From: Macrostomum lignano
Taxonomy: Eukaryota
Assembly: GCA_002269645.1 (NCBI GenBank)
Contig: NIVC01000102.1
Location: forward strand, 639,950 to 703,949
Reading direction: 5' to 3'
Length of the DNA: 64,000 nucleotides
The notes below the pieces were generated by a model. That model saw only the letters and a program-made list of their open reading frames with translations, was not told the origin of the DNA and ran no database searches. This document shows, one piece after another, positions 12,911 through 32,196 of this stretch; position 1 is the first letter of the stretch, and each line of letters opens with the position of its first letter. A program made the translations under genes and the position numbers.

Positions 12911-15066
12911 GCAGAAGCACTTTACAGGAATTCATAGAGCAGTCAAAGCAGTAAAATTCAACCAAAGCGTAAAAATTACCTAATAAAATTCTAACTTTAA
13001 CGCATTCACAAGTGTCTAGCATGGACCACTTGGCAGCTCATGATGCAGCCCAAGGCAGTTTCCTGAACACTTCCTAATCGCGTAACTGCAGCTAATGAGC
13101 GCCGCAGGGGGGGGGGGAACAGGCGCTCAGAATTTTGGGGAATTTACTAGCCAGCTGAACGTTTTATTGGCCTCCCAGCACCTGACTGCAGCCGCCTCTG
13201 TCGTGCCATGGCGATGAGGATTGAATTATTAATAATAAAAGTTACAGCGGCGCCTTGCCTTTCAACGCCTGCGCTCCTGTGGCCATTATGAGTTGAAGCA
13301 TTGGGCCAGCCCGTGTCCAGCCTTGTCTTCCCCTCTGTGGCGCTGCTGACCAGTTGGTTGGCTATAACCGTCAATTTCCGTAAAGTGGGATTGATCAGGA
13401 TTGTTGAGCTTCATGTGCTGTAGAAATGTCAAGTTTCTTAGCCCCTAAAGACAAGTCGGGATATTCAGTTTTGGATCAAAGTGAATATTGCTAAAGAGGA
13501 TAGAAGGGGCGCCAGCTACAGGAGCCAGCTACAGATGCTCTTCAACAACTTATTTTACAAATATCCAAGAGGCAACTCTCGAGCATGGGTACAGCTTTAT
13601 CTGATCAATGTACATGGGTTGAAGTTGGTTTAACAACTTAAGGGATTAGCGATCCTTTGTTAATATTAGCAACTGAGATGATTCGCCCAACTGTTAATAA
13701 ACATTCATCAATTACAACTGCAACGGCGACAGACAGAAGACTTTTGGCAAATCAAAAGTAGTTATAAAAATCACATAAGACGCTTTAGAAATTCACAAAT
13801 TAATACGCCAATTTGTCAGTAAATTGTTCGATTTATAATTTACCCTCTCCTCTGCCTACTTAAAGGTGAGAAACATTTACTTCTAGAATGCTCAAGTCAT
13901 CATACGAGCTAAGTCGTATGCACAACTATAATAGTTAGAAAGCGTGCACAATCATATAAAATATGGATTATAGATAGTCCAGCCCAAGCGGACACAAGCG
14001 ACAACCAATCATCAACACGAGTTTGAGTTAATAATGAATTATTCAAACACTGTATGCATATGCATACTACTTTGCCAAAACTTATAGCATTGAGGCGAGA
14101 GCTTCGTGTGGTGTCAACGACTTACTCCCTAGCTTATAGCGACTGTAAAAGGCAAGAAACAGCTTCATTGGTGCATGGATGTGACAGCATTAGTATAACG
14201 CCTGGCAGAATATAGTCGATACACTTTTCAGCAGGGCTTATTGATTTCTTACAACTCCTACATGGCCTCCGCATAATGCGCTGGTAGCCATGCATGGTTA
14301 TTAACCCCTGGCTTACTCTCTGCTGGAAGATGCTCATATAGGCTTGTTGAATTATTCTCTCCTTCATCTGCAGCCTCCCCCGCCTGCCGTACGCGCATTA
14401 TTATATTGAATTACATCAGAGGAGACCGCGTATGCAGTAGCAAGGCATTGAAAATCGATTGAGTCTCTCTCCCTGTATGCAGCTATAATATTGCGGAACC
14501 GATTCCCAACCGGCTGCTGCACAGCCTAAATTATTCACGAAGGTGAATCTTCAGTTGGTGCTAGAATAATTATACACAAAATGCTATTTTTTTAGCAATC
14601 CAGTGTAACAGTTGACCTGGATGACTGTGAGAGAGGGAGAGAGATGGCTTAGGGTGAAAATGCATCTTAGGAAGCTTGTTATCTGAGGTCATGCTTTCTG
14701 ATCTCTTAATAGAACTCATGCATACAAAATAGATTTGCAAAAAAAATAAAACGGATATCATACTCGTGCTACTTTCCGATTTAGAGAAGTAGTATTATTA
14801 GAATCGCAAAGACATTAGATGCTAAACAGATCTCTTAAACAGTCTAGCATGGGTACGTCAGACTTAAGTTGCATTTTTGCTATTACGATAGGCTTGTCCC
14901 CAGATGGAAGCTGAATCTTTGCTGCTCGCCAGGTTTTATGGCCTCAAAATACAAGGTTCTTATTAAAAAACTCGTCCTTTGGAGTAGAAGCTACCGCCGA
15001 CACTTAAGACCAAAAACTTTTTTAGCTGCAGAGCTAGTCTTGCAAGCTATGGAAATGGTTGGCGTC

Positions 15067-15545
15067 CAGCAACAACAACAAAATACGCTGTCAGTCTTTA
15101 GAAAGGACTGGGCTAGGTCGTAAACGAAGGCCACGCCGCTTGACTTACTTGAATTAGCTGCAGGCCTGTCCCGGAGGGGACACAGCGGAAAGGTGCGGAT
15201 GCCCACTCCGCTAATCCCTGAACGGCCGAAATGCCACGCCGCAAATCGCTGCACCGGCTTTGGGCATTTACTACCAAATTAGGACTTTGGGATAATGCGG
15301 TCTGCCGGCTGGAGTTGCCAACGGTGCAAAAGGTCGCTTGGACGGACCAGAACGGCGTAGCATTACATGCAGTGTCGCATTGGTGACCCGCTTGTCGCAG
15401 ATCTTGAAGGTGGCGCGCAGTAGGCCAGCGTGCACCGCGTCTACTTGTTGATCAAGGGAGCCCGTCAGCGTCCAGGTCTCGGCGTCGCACAGCAGGACGG
15501 TCTCGACCATCGTCTGGAACAACGTTGCGATCTGGCGGCCAGGTA
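15067..15545 (-). mobile_element. RTE-clade LINE 3' fragment with (GTT)n tail
   Basis: IATLFQTMVETVLLCDAETWTLTGSLDQQVDAVHAGLLRA matches the RTE ORF C-terminus; 3' end CTGACAGCGTATTTTGTTGTTG is shared with the copy at 17909. Confidence 0.85.
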
Positions 15546-15548
15546 GGG

Positions 15549-15862
15549 CGGACGGATGAGGACAGGACACTCCCTGGAACTGCAAAGCTACTGCAAGAGA
15601 ATTGGAAGAAGTTCGAGCGACAGGTGTATGATGCGCAATAAGGAGGAAGAGCTGATTGAGCACGTGTTGCAGTGCCCGGCCACCTGGAGGAAAAGGGAAG
15701 CGGCCGGATTGTTAAATCTAAAGGACCTGCAGGACAAACCGGAAGAGGCCCTGGGTTTCTGGAATTGGTACAGAGCGAATGGTGCGGAACAGGAGTGAGC
15801 GAATCATTCTCTAGGGGGGACTGGCAACAACAACAACAGCAGCAGCAGCAGCAACAGCAGTA
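15549..15862 (+). mobile_element. 3' end of an I/Ingi/Jockey-like LINE: C-terminal zinc-knuckle region plus (CAA)n(CAG)n tail
   Basis: MRTGHSLELQSYCKRIGRSSSDRCMMRNKEEELIEHVLQCPA fits the RTGH..C..C..ET.EH.L..CP motif (second Cys lost); simple-repeat tail after the stop. Confidence 0.7.
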
Positions 15863-16129
15863 GTCACAACGGGGGCTTATGGACATCCTCCTCGAAGCGA
15901 CTTCTACTGACATGAACAATCAGTCGAAGCCCCGGGGGCCCCTGGACTCAGGCCCTGACCTGGGAACGACAAATGGTCCGCACCAGCACAGACCTTCCGA
16001 AGAAACGCCGCCCGCCGAGCCAGAAAACCTCCATTGTGTCCTGCGCCTTGGCGGGGGTGGAGCAGAAAACGACACCACAGGACGCAGACGCGGCAAACGC
16101 TGACGCCGTCTCCCGAAGACACACGGAGC

Positions 16130-17130
16130 CCAGAGTTCCCGTTGATGCGGTTCAATTTTGACGGCATCCACAGCCGCTATCCGGAACTAAGCTCTCGGCT
16201 GGAAACCGCGCGTCCTGCGGGAGTCCTACTCCAAGAGACAAAACTCAAGCCGGCCGAGGATTTCCACCCACCACTGGGCGATGTCATCGCCGTCCGCTGC
16301 GACGGAGTTCCCTACGACTCCACCCCGCAGCCTGCAGGCCCGGTTCACCGCCCCGGAGCGCTGCCGGACCCGGAATTCTTTGGATAGAGACAACTGGTGC
16401 AGTAGCTGCAGATCCGCCGAACGCCTGATTCCGGCGAGACTCAACTGGATGCTGGAGTCCCAGAACAAGCTCTAAGCCTGCAAGGCCGGCTTCCGCTGCT
16501 ACCGCAGCTGCGAGGAACATCGCCCGCGTGAGCAGGATATCTTTGATGGCCTGGAAAACAAGACGCAGCTGCGGAGCATCCTGGCTCTGCTGGACTTCAG
16601 CTGGGCGTACAATAAAGTCTGCTGCCGGGCCCTGTACGCTAAGCTGCTGCGCTTAGGGGTCGGCCGCCGACTCGTCCGATGGGTCCGCGGCTTCCTCTGC
16701 CAGCGCCGGGCCTGAGTAAACTGGAACGCCGTCGTTAGCCAGGAAAGGGAAGTGTTATCACCCCGACGCTCTGGATGTCTATGTTAACGACCTCGCCGCG
16801 GATATCGCTAACGCCGCCCCGAATGCCGACCGCACTATCACTACCTCGCTGTGCCAAGCTTCAAGCTCCTCTAGCCCGCCCTGAACGCGGCCTTCAACTG
16901 GTGTGTCCGGTAGAAAGTAGAGCCGAGTATCAGTAAATGCTGTTTCACCACCTTCTCCATAGCCCACAGCGAAAGCAATGGCAAAGTGCTCTACATCGGC
17001 GGCCAACCACTCTCCTATGACGCTTACCCGGTCTTCCTCGGGGTCAAACTCGGCGGCGGCGGCGCCCCTTTCGAGGTGCTCACATTGCCCACATCGCCAC
17101 GGTGCGCGCTGTCGCCCACTACGCTGGCGG
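16130..17130 (+). mobile_element. Degenerate APE-RT LINE (I/Ingi-like) with internal deletions, stops and frameshifts
   Basis: NFDGIHSRYPEL...VLLQETKL (APE N-terminus); LALLDFSWAYNKV..LYAKLLRLG..LVRWVRGFL (RT); VYVNDL; YPVFLGVKL (thumb). Confidence 0.8.
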
Positions 17131-17908
17131 AGTCTGGGGTACCTTTGCCTCGCCCAGCTCCCGGTTGAGCGCCAGCAGAGCTACTGTGCCAAGGCGAGGA
17201 GGACCAACAGGCTTGCCAGGGAGGAAGGAGCCTGTCGCTGAAGAGGATCAACCCCCGACCCAGAAGAGAATATGCTGGCACGAAGAAGTAGCAGCATATT
17301 CAGAAACCGAATCGCTCCTGATCACTTCGCATTTCGAATCCTAAATTTTTATGAGCTGAAACTTGCAGTAGTTTTTGATGCGCTTATCAAGGTTTCAAAT
17401 AACTCTACTGCGGCAATGATATCAACCAGGAGAAATGTTGTGCCATGAAGCTTCGCTTCGAAGCTTTGATTCTTTACAGTTGTATCTATGATTTTAACTC
17501 CCAGCTAAAGTCACTAAAGACCTCAGATTTGATTTCATTTCTTCAATACTCGCTGTGCTTATGCTGCTTAAATTTGCAAATCGAAAGAAAAGACCACCTA
17601 AAAGCTTAAAAACTTCACCAGTTCTAAAATATGTAACGTCACACAAAAAATATCGTTCACTATCATAAAATCGGAGGGAGATATACAGGTAGAGAAACTG
17701 GTAGACATTAGAGGCAGATGCAGAGAGGGAAACTGTATAGGACAGAAAACATGCCTCAAGTGGAAAGTTTTTAGCCGTACTTAACAGGAAAACACACAGG
17801 TTTCCATCTGGCTCTCCACCTTACTCTCTAGTCGCCACATTGCGCAGGCTCCCAATTCCTCCAAGAGGTTCCAGCACTTGTCACGCAACTTGGACTACAA
17901 TTAAGAGG

Positions 17909-18790
17909 GGCAACAACAACAACAACAACAAAATACGCTGTCAGGATGGTAAAAATCAGCGTCACAGGGCGCGCTTCATGGCTTGGGCGCGAACAAAAAG
18001 GCCGCGCCACCGGCAGTGTCCGGGGCGCCGGCGTCAGCCAGCAGACAGTCGACGTAACGCCGAGTTCGCGCTTGACCTCACCGGTAGGGTGCCTGCAGCG
18101 TGAGCAGCACCTCCTGCACCGGCTGTGGGCAGTACGACTCGGCGCGGATGAGATGGCCTGCGAGCTGGAGTCGCCGACGGCGCAGTAGATCGCTTGGACG
18201 TGGCAGGCCAGCGCGGCGATAGAGTGCCGCGTTGTTGACTCGCTCGACGCCGATGTTGAAGGCGGCACGCAGCAGGCCAGCGTGCCCCGCATCGACTTGC
18301 TGTTCGAGTGAGTCCGTCAGCGTCCAGGTCTCGGCGTTGTAGAGCAGGACGGTCTCGATTACCGCCTGGAACAGCGCCGCCCTCTGGCGGTTCGGTAGGG
18401 CCTCGGACTGCAGGACTGACCTTATAGAACGAAAGGCAGCCCAGGCAAGCCCGCGGCGGCGTCGCAGGTCCTCGCGAGCGTCTGGAACCAGACCGCCGAG
18501 GTAGACGAACTGCTGACATCGCGGGAGCTCGGTCGCCTGCCCTTCAGCGCAGAATATTGCAGCCTCGATGTCGTCCGGCACGCAGAGCACAACGGTCTTC
18601 TCCGTGTTGACCACCAGGCCGACGCTCGCCGCAACGGCAGCTAGCCTGTCCAGCTGCCGTTGGGCGCCCTCGACGGTCAAGGACAGCAGGGCGAGGTCGT
18701 CGGCGTAGCCAAGCACGCTGAGCCGCTTCTCCGGTTGACGTCGACCCACGCGTCGCCGCAGCAGAAAGCCGTCGTCGTCGGATGAGGGGC
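17909..18790 (-). mobile_element. 5'-truncated RTE-clade LINE with (GTT)n tail
   Basis: LGYADDLALL (RT), FVYLGG, LYNAETWTL, RRRRLQLAGHLIR; (CAA)7 on the + strand at about 17909-17929. Confidence 0.92.
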
Positions 18791-19212
18791 GGAAAGAGCA
18801 GCGCTGAGCGAGAGCACTTTTGCTTCTAGAAGCAGCCAGCCAACTCAATGCAACAACACGCTAACACAGCACGACACTTGGAAGAAAAAGCATTGCAAGA
18901 AAAAAGTCTTGAAGGCTCAAGCGCCCTTTAAGTTGGTTTAGAACAATTACGCTCTCATCGCAGCAAGGAATCGTTAATACTCTAGAAATCAATAATATAT
19001 TATTTTGCATCTGCACAGTAGTGTGCAAAATCTCTCTGTTTGAAACCTGCCTGGCAACCAAACAAAGACAGTCTGGCAATCCCAAATCAACTCAAAAAGC
19101 CTCTTTCATATATGTGCATCCTTTTTAAGACTTCGCATCCTACAAGAACTGCTGCTCAACTATACGCGGATAGTCAAATCCAATTGGGTGAAAAGTGCTA
19201 CGACCGAAAAGA

Positions 19213-20080
19213 ATGCTTCACAGCATCCATGTCAAGCTTCTGGCAGGTGTGATTTGCTGTATCGCCGCAGGTGTGGCTGGCCTCGGCACTAGAAAAGTCC
19301 AACTTTCCTATCTTGGCTGCTTCAAAGACTTCACAAACGGAGTCCGTGATATGACACCAACAAAGCCATATAACGTGGCAAGAATCGGCTCCCAGTCAGT
19401 CACGAGCTACGAGTTCGCGATTCTGAGCTCGTTGATGACGCTCGAATTGTGTGCCGCTCTGTGCAGCATGACGGGAACTCGCTACTTTGGCGTCCAGGCC
19501 GCGGCTTGGTGCTTCTGCAGCGATTCGTATGGCTCGCAGGGCTTGGCATACGAGTCGCTGTGCAACGAAGGCTGTGGGGGAGATCCATCAAAAATTTGCG
19601 GCGGACAAAATGCAAATTCGGTGTATCAGTTGAACTACCAAGGTGAGCTGCTCATTGCATCGGCCGCGAAACTATGATTACATGTTGCAATTAACTTAAT
19701 CTCTTGCACTTGAGAAAACACAGAGACCGCAGACAGCACTATCTCATGTACACACGAATCTAAACTGCGATTTAGAGTGAGGGGTGCTAATCGTTGCAAA
19801 TTTTTTTGCTTGAAAGCAAAATTTCTCCCTTACATTTCCAGACCAATTCATCTTCTACCTGGGCAATCGAACCTATGCCGCAATGAACAATGCCTCGGCA
19901 CCGGCTTACAACACGATCTCAACTAACAGGAGCCGGATCGGGTGCATGAGCCTGTGTCAGCATCCCACCTGCCCTGCCGTGCTCTACTCAAAGCAGGGTC
20001 TCTGCCACTTGCTGGATTTTCCTGCTCTGCCATTCAGTCTGGCCAACCAATCTTTTGGAGAGTTTTACGTTCGCGGATAA
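19213..20080 (+). CDS. Secreted WSC-domain + PAN/Apple-like protein, 2 exons (19213-19642, 19842-20080), about 222 aa
   Basis: Hydrophobic N-terminus; WSC motif YLGCFKD..MTLELCAALC..YFGVQ...CFCS..CNEGCGGD...CGG.NANSVY; donor AG|GTGAG at 19643 and acceptor TTCCAG| at 19841 join in frame; exon 2 has GCMSLCQHPTCPAVLY..GLCHL. Confidence 0.85.
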
Positions 20081-21051
20081 GAGCTCCAACGCGGTGAAAG
20101 AACTAACTAATTTAATCATTTCAAACTCGCTTCTGGTCAAAAAAAGAGACACCCGAAGTAAGGTGATGATATTGTCATTTTACTGTGGACGATTTAGGTT
20201 AGGTTTAAATTTGACCTGGCAGTCAAATTTTACTGACAGTCAATTGCCGTAGATTTTTAAGCAAGAAATATTATGAAATAAAATAAAAGTTTTCTGTATT
20301 TCTGAGACGTGTTTGAATGATCAGGACCGCTTATTCAGAAGGACATATTATAAAATATGGAAACCTTTTAACCACTGTCTTCACTTCACAATGCTTCACT
20401 CACTAGCGGAACTTCTGAGTGACACACAGAAAATCATTCTTTATATGTTTCAGATTTAAATTTGAAAGGAAAACGACTTAATCAATAGAGAAGGCAAGAT
20501 AATTATGAGCTTTGTACCCGAAATCTAACGAAGTGCTCACTGTCACTACACTATAAAAAAAATTACTACAGTAATGCATACTTTGATACCATATCAGCAG
20601 CATGTTATAGTAGTCATGAAAACTAAATATCCACATGCAACGTACTCGTCAATAGGCTTCATTCTACTTGATTTAGCAGGACAACACAAAAAGATACTGA
20701 AACACCTGCATGTATTCATATATTTAAGACTAATTAAGGTAGTCTCAAAAGTGAAAGCTGATAGCTAAAAAGCTATTAATGGGAACTGACATGCGACACC
20801 CGAAAATCAAGCCAGTGTAATAGAGACACTGCAACACCACCAGATTTTGGCTATCAATATTGATCTTAAGTAGTTAAATATTAAAAGCATACACAAAATT
20901 AAACATCTGTATGTTTGAGGTCATTGTCATAGGCAAAGCAATTAGTTATGGTCATCTACCAGTCAACTTCATCGAATGTTAAAAAGCGATTAAAGCATTA
21001 AAATCAATGTAATTGATTTCTGCTTGCAACAGTCTGCGCAAATTCTGTCAA

Positions 21052-27481
<6,430 letters not shown>

Positions 27482-28002
27482 TGTTTAGTTCTTAATCATT
27501 CTTCTAAGTTCTGTAGTCTAGTAACAAACTGGGCAAAGGTCTATGAAAACTATGAAAAGTTTGTTTAGAAGCGTAATAAATGGATTAAACTATTCGAATT
27601 TTATTTCTGTAAATGTTATTATTTATTGAATGATGTTAGTGGGATTAATACTAGTCAGTATTAGCTGTCATTAGCCGAAAATGAATCCCAGCTCGTTCAT
27701 CGATGCCTTCAGATTCTTGCAATAAGAACAATTGAACACGCGCGCAAAGAACGTTTCAACAAAATTATGTTTTAATACAATTGTTATCTAATGAAAATAA
27801 TAAAAGTATTCTATAAAATTTAAAGCTAAAACTTTTTACATTCAAGAAACAATTAAAGACTCTGCTTTAATATTTTAAAAGCAACTACTATGAGTAGCAA
27901 ATGAAAATTATTTTCGTATGACCCCCGAAAACTTGCAACAGATAGTTTATTTAAAAGTATGCATCTAGGAAACGAGTAAGCTTCCCTTGCCTCCTGTAAG
28001 TA

Positions 28003-30095
28003 GTATGGTTGGTGCACTTTGGCGATTTCTTGATGAGAAAAGCAGCCGGTTGCGCCAAGTCGCTCCTATAGCTTCAACTCAAATAGCCACGCATTGCCTG
28101 CCGCATCGTCGGTGGGCCGCGGACCGGGGGATCTGGGCTTGAGCCAACAGCAACTCCTGATAGTGCTTCTGGGACGGCTGGTCGATTTAGCTGATCCGAC
28201 CACCGGCACGACTCCCTCGGTCCAACTCGACACCCACTTTTTGCGGCTGCAACTTTGTGCCGAGCTGGTCGATGTTTGGTAGCCAGTGAGGCAGCTGCGG
28301 CTTCTGGGTTCAAACTCACATTCTGCGCTCAGCATCAGGCTTGGGAGCCGAGGTTTCGGGCACATGAGTGAAACTACGTCACTCTTGAACTTGATAAAAT
28401 TTTCCAGCATATATGTATGCATATTCAGTTTCAGCTTGATAATCCTAATATTCGGGAATAATACTAATAATTATTACGCATAAGTTTGTGTATGATTAAC
28501 TATACCGCATAAGTTTCTGCATTTTCCACTTCTTAAAGTGATAATGCTTGCAATATTATTATATTACTACTCACCTCGGTAGAGAAATTTGAAATCGAGA
28601 CAGCTCAAATAGATACCAAATTTCTGCATTTGCTTAATCAAGATACGAAGTTTATGTGAATACTGTTTATATAGCAAAGTGTAAAAGTAACGCATGTATT
28701 ATTAATTTCTACGAGTATAAAAAATGCCTACACTACCGTAATTAACGACAAAAAGTGGGTATCGAGTTAGCCTGAGGGATTTGCCGCTCCCGACCGGAAA
28801 TCGGCCAGTTTGTTGCGACAGGGAAAGCTGAGGAATTGCTTTTGGCTCAAATCCAGATCCCCCAGGCTGCGGCCCACCGGCTGCACAGGCTGTGAGAGCC
28901 GCTATTTACAGTGCGCTGTGCTGGGCTGTTGCAATCCAACTGATGTCGCGACACAAATTGAACCACTTCTGACGCGTGCGAACTACTCTACTGTGGTGAG
29001 TAGAAGCATAATAATACTGCATGTATTTTTTAATTTGAGAAGAGAAAAAACAGAAACCTATACAGTAATTCATCATATGGTATTGTCAGAAAATGCTATG
29101 AATTATTCCCAAACATCAAAATTTGACAAGCTAAAACTTCACATCTAAAACAGTCAAAGATCGAGATTTGCGGTTCTGCTCATGTGTCTGAAACCAATCA
29201 AGCCTGTAAAAGGCGGCCCTAAAACCAGTTCGATGCAGAGAGAGTTCAGTAATGACGTGATGGCGTTTGATTCTGACTGCAGAACATCGATTTGCCGGTC
29301 CGACCAGCCACATCGGCCAGCCGTCCCAGAAGCACTGATCAGGAGTTGCTGTTGGCTCAAGCCCAGATCCCCCGGTCCGCGGCCCACCGACAGATGCGGC
29401 AGGCAATGCGGCTATTTGAGTTGAAGCTGAGCGACTTGGCGCAACCGGCTGCATTTCTCATCATTAAATTGCCAAAAGTGGACCAAACATACTACTGAAA
29501 ATAGGCAAAGAAATCAGTAGTTTATGTCAAAATTCTCATTTCAATAGCAAAATTGACAAATACAGGTATGCAAACTAAAAACAATGTATTGTATTGAATT
29601 AGGGCAGGTCATATTATCAGTATGCATGTACAGTGTAAATGATAACTTGAAATCATATGTACATGATACATGTGCAGTGCCGCTGAGATATATAAATGTA
29701 CATGTCTATGTTATTGAATTTATTGAATATTAAGCAATTGGAGTGGAGAGTCTTTAAGATAAAATGTTCAACACACAGGTACATCAAATGTAACTCGCAA
29801 TTCCTAATTGTTGATAAATTAAGTGCAAAAATGGGTATCGAGTTAGCCTGAGGGACTTGCCGCTCCCAACCATAAATCGGCCAGTTTTTGCGACAGCTAG
29901 GGTAAGCTTCGGAATTGCTTTTGGCTCAAATCCAGATCCCCCAGGCTGCGGCCCACCGGCTGCACAGGCTGTGAGAGCCGCTATTTACAGTGCGCTGTGC
30001 TGTGCTGCATGCAGAACTGCAATCTAGCTGATGCCGCGACACAAATTAAACCACTTCTGACGCGTGCGAACTACTCTACTTTGGTGAGTAGAAAT
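28003..30095. repeat. Cluster of four related 260-430 bp modules: A' 28003-28440 (inverted), B1 28752-29010, A 29126-29495, B2 29829-30095
   Basis: A' is the reverse complement of A; B1 and B2 are direct copies; all share the core TTGCT.TTGGCTCAA..CCAGATCCCCC.G.C.GCGGCCCACCG. Confidence 0.85.
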
Positions 30096-31255
30096 ATCAG
30101 AGGATGCCCTGTATTTTTACGGTAAAATAAAAAATATAAAAACGATTGCGACTACGTTTCAGTGGAGTTTCTGTATAATATAAAAAATTACCAAAATATT
30201 TCAAAGTTGGTTAGATGGCTGTAGTTCCAGACAGAGAGAGGTTAAAAGAAAGGATTTTATTTTCATTTGCCGCATTGAGTACTTAGTAGGCTACTTGACA
30301 TGAAAAAAGATTTTTGACGGGTTGAAATTTCTATTCGCTTAAAATATTTAGTCGAGAGGCGTACTTTAAAGTTAAGACAAGCTGAGTAAATTCTTCTGTC
30401 GAACAGGCCATGATGATGGAGACAAAAGTTGAATTTGAACTCTACAAATATTAGTCAAAAAAGGTGCTGTACGGTGGTGAGAACTCAGGGCAAATTTTCG
30501 TACTCAATCATTAGAAAGCGTTCATTATTCGTCTCTTGACCGCATCGCCCAAGCGGCGTCAGGGTAGAGAAGAGTCTTTTTGTGTATCGTCAGTAGCGCT
30601 GTGGGTTAAGAAAAACTTGCCATTCAGCTTCTTTATACTATTTTTTTAACCATAAACCACCTGACACGCAGTGGGCATGCAGTCTCTCCGTTTCACTGCC
30701 TCACCGCCATCTGGCCATGCTGCTACATCGCTATAGGCTGGTACGGGGAAGAGTTTCTGTGCATAGCAAGAGGAGAACAATGGCAAGCTGACCGCCTCTC
30801 ATAGTCTCATCCAGCTGTTAGCAACAAGAGTTTTCTCTATTGTCCCTGCGCGCTGAAGTCGACAGCTACTGTATTTTAGACGCTGTAACATATTGGGCTG
30901 AGGTTAGCCAAGTCCACCTAAAGACGTCAAATTACCTCGTTTAAAAACTATATTGAACTTGTACGAGTAGAAGCACTGCACTTTTGTGCAACAGGTAAGT
31001 TCGACGAGAATTTTTATTTTGACCCAATGAACTGATCTTAAAATGGATTCTTTGAATAAAACAAAACTTCAAACTGCGATTATTTTGCCTTAGTAAAAGT
31101 TTAGAGGGGCTTGCAGTGCCTGCGTAAAACATTGGCCAAAGTGCCCCCTCAGCCCTCCTGCAAATATTAATAGTTGTTATATGTTATAACTTTTCTAATC
31201 TTTTGTTAAGTAATGTCAAAAGGGGTCATGGGGTTTCATATGGCTTTGTTACTAA

Positions 31256-31991
31256 CAGGGGCGTCGCCATGGGTTCTATGGTGGGGGACAAAGCCAAGAA
31301 TTCAATATGTTACATGAATAAATTCCTACGCTCGTACAATCCCATTATTTTGACAATCGTGTTGTCAGCGCTCATTTTGGCGCCGCAGGCATTCATTTTG
31401 GCGCCACAGGCACTCATTTTGGCGCCGCAGGCATTCATTTTGGCGCCACAGGCACTCATTTTGGCGCCGCAGGCATTCCGTTTAGCGCCGCAGTCACTCA
31501 TTTTAGCGCCGCAGGCACTCATTTTGGCGCCACAGGCATTCGTTTTGGCGCCGCAGGCACTCATTGTAGCGCCACAGGCACTCATTTTGGCGCCGCAGGC
31601 ATTCCGTTTAGCGCCACAGGCACTCATTTTGGCGCCACAGGCATTCCTTTTAGCGCCGTAGGCACTCATTTTGGCGCCCCAGGCACTCATTTTGGCGCCA
31701 CAGGCATTCCTTTTAACGCCGCAGGCACTCACTTTGGCACTGCAGGCACTCATTTTGGCGCCGCAGGCACTCATTTTGGCACTGCAGGCACTCATTTTGG
31801 CGTCGCAGGCACTCATTTTGGCGCCGCAGGCATTCCTTTTAGCGCCTAACGCTATATTTTGGCCCCCAGAAAAAATTACTCAACTGATTACCACGAGTCA
31901 CAAGGTGGGGTGAAGGGGACACAGCATTGGCATAGCTTTTACTGGGGAGGGGGGCATGTCCCCCCTGTCCCCCCCGGTGGCGACGCGCCTG
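31256..31991. mobile_element. Non-autonomous DNA transposon (hAT/P-type 8-bp TSD) carrying a 21-bp minisatellite
   Basis: TIRs CAGGGGCGTCGCCA / TGGCGACGCGCCTG (13/14); flanks GTTACTAA (31248-31255) and GTTAATAA (31992-31999); internal TTTTGGCGCCGCAGGCACTCA array at about 31365-31850. Confidence 0.85.
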
Positions 31992-32196
31992 GTTAATAAC
32001 TTGTTGTTAACCAAAATTCAATGGCCTCTACAAGGCCAGAGTACTAGCAACCTACTAGAGGGAAGCGAATACCAATCAAGATATAATACGTGCCTAATTA
32101 GGAAAAAATGTATGATTATTCTGCTGACACGCGCCATCTGTAATTATTTTCTGAAATCGTTTTTGACATCGCAATTTAAACAGGAGGAGCGAAACG

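Noticed and set aside
13093-13130. Hairpin TGAGCGCC-(G-run)-GGCGCTCA
   Set aside because: Only an 8-bp stem, no TSD; at most a collapsed MITE remnant.
30650-30825. Neuropeptide-precursor-like ORF on the minus strand (MRGGQLAIVLLLLC.. / KRR)
   Set aside because: In-frame stop after 23 codons; a frameshift is needed to reach the KRR segment and there is no homology support.
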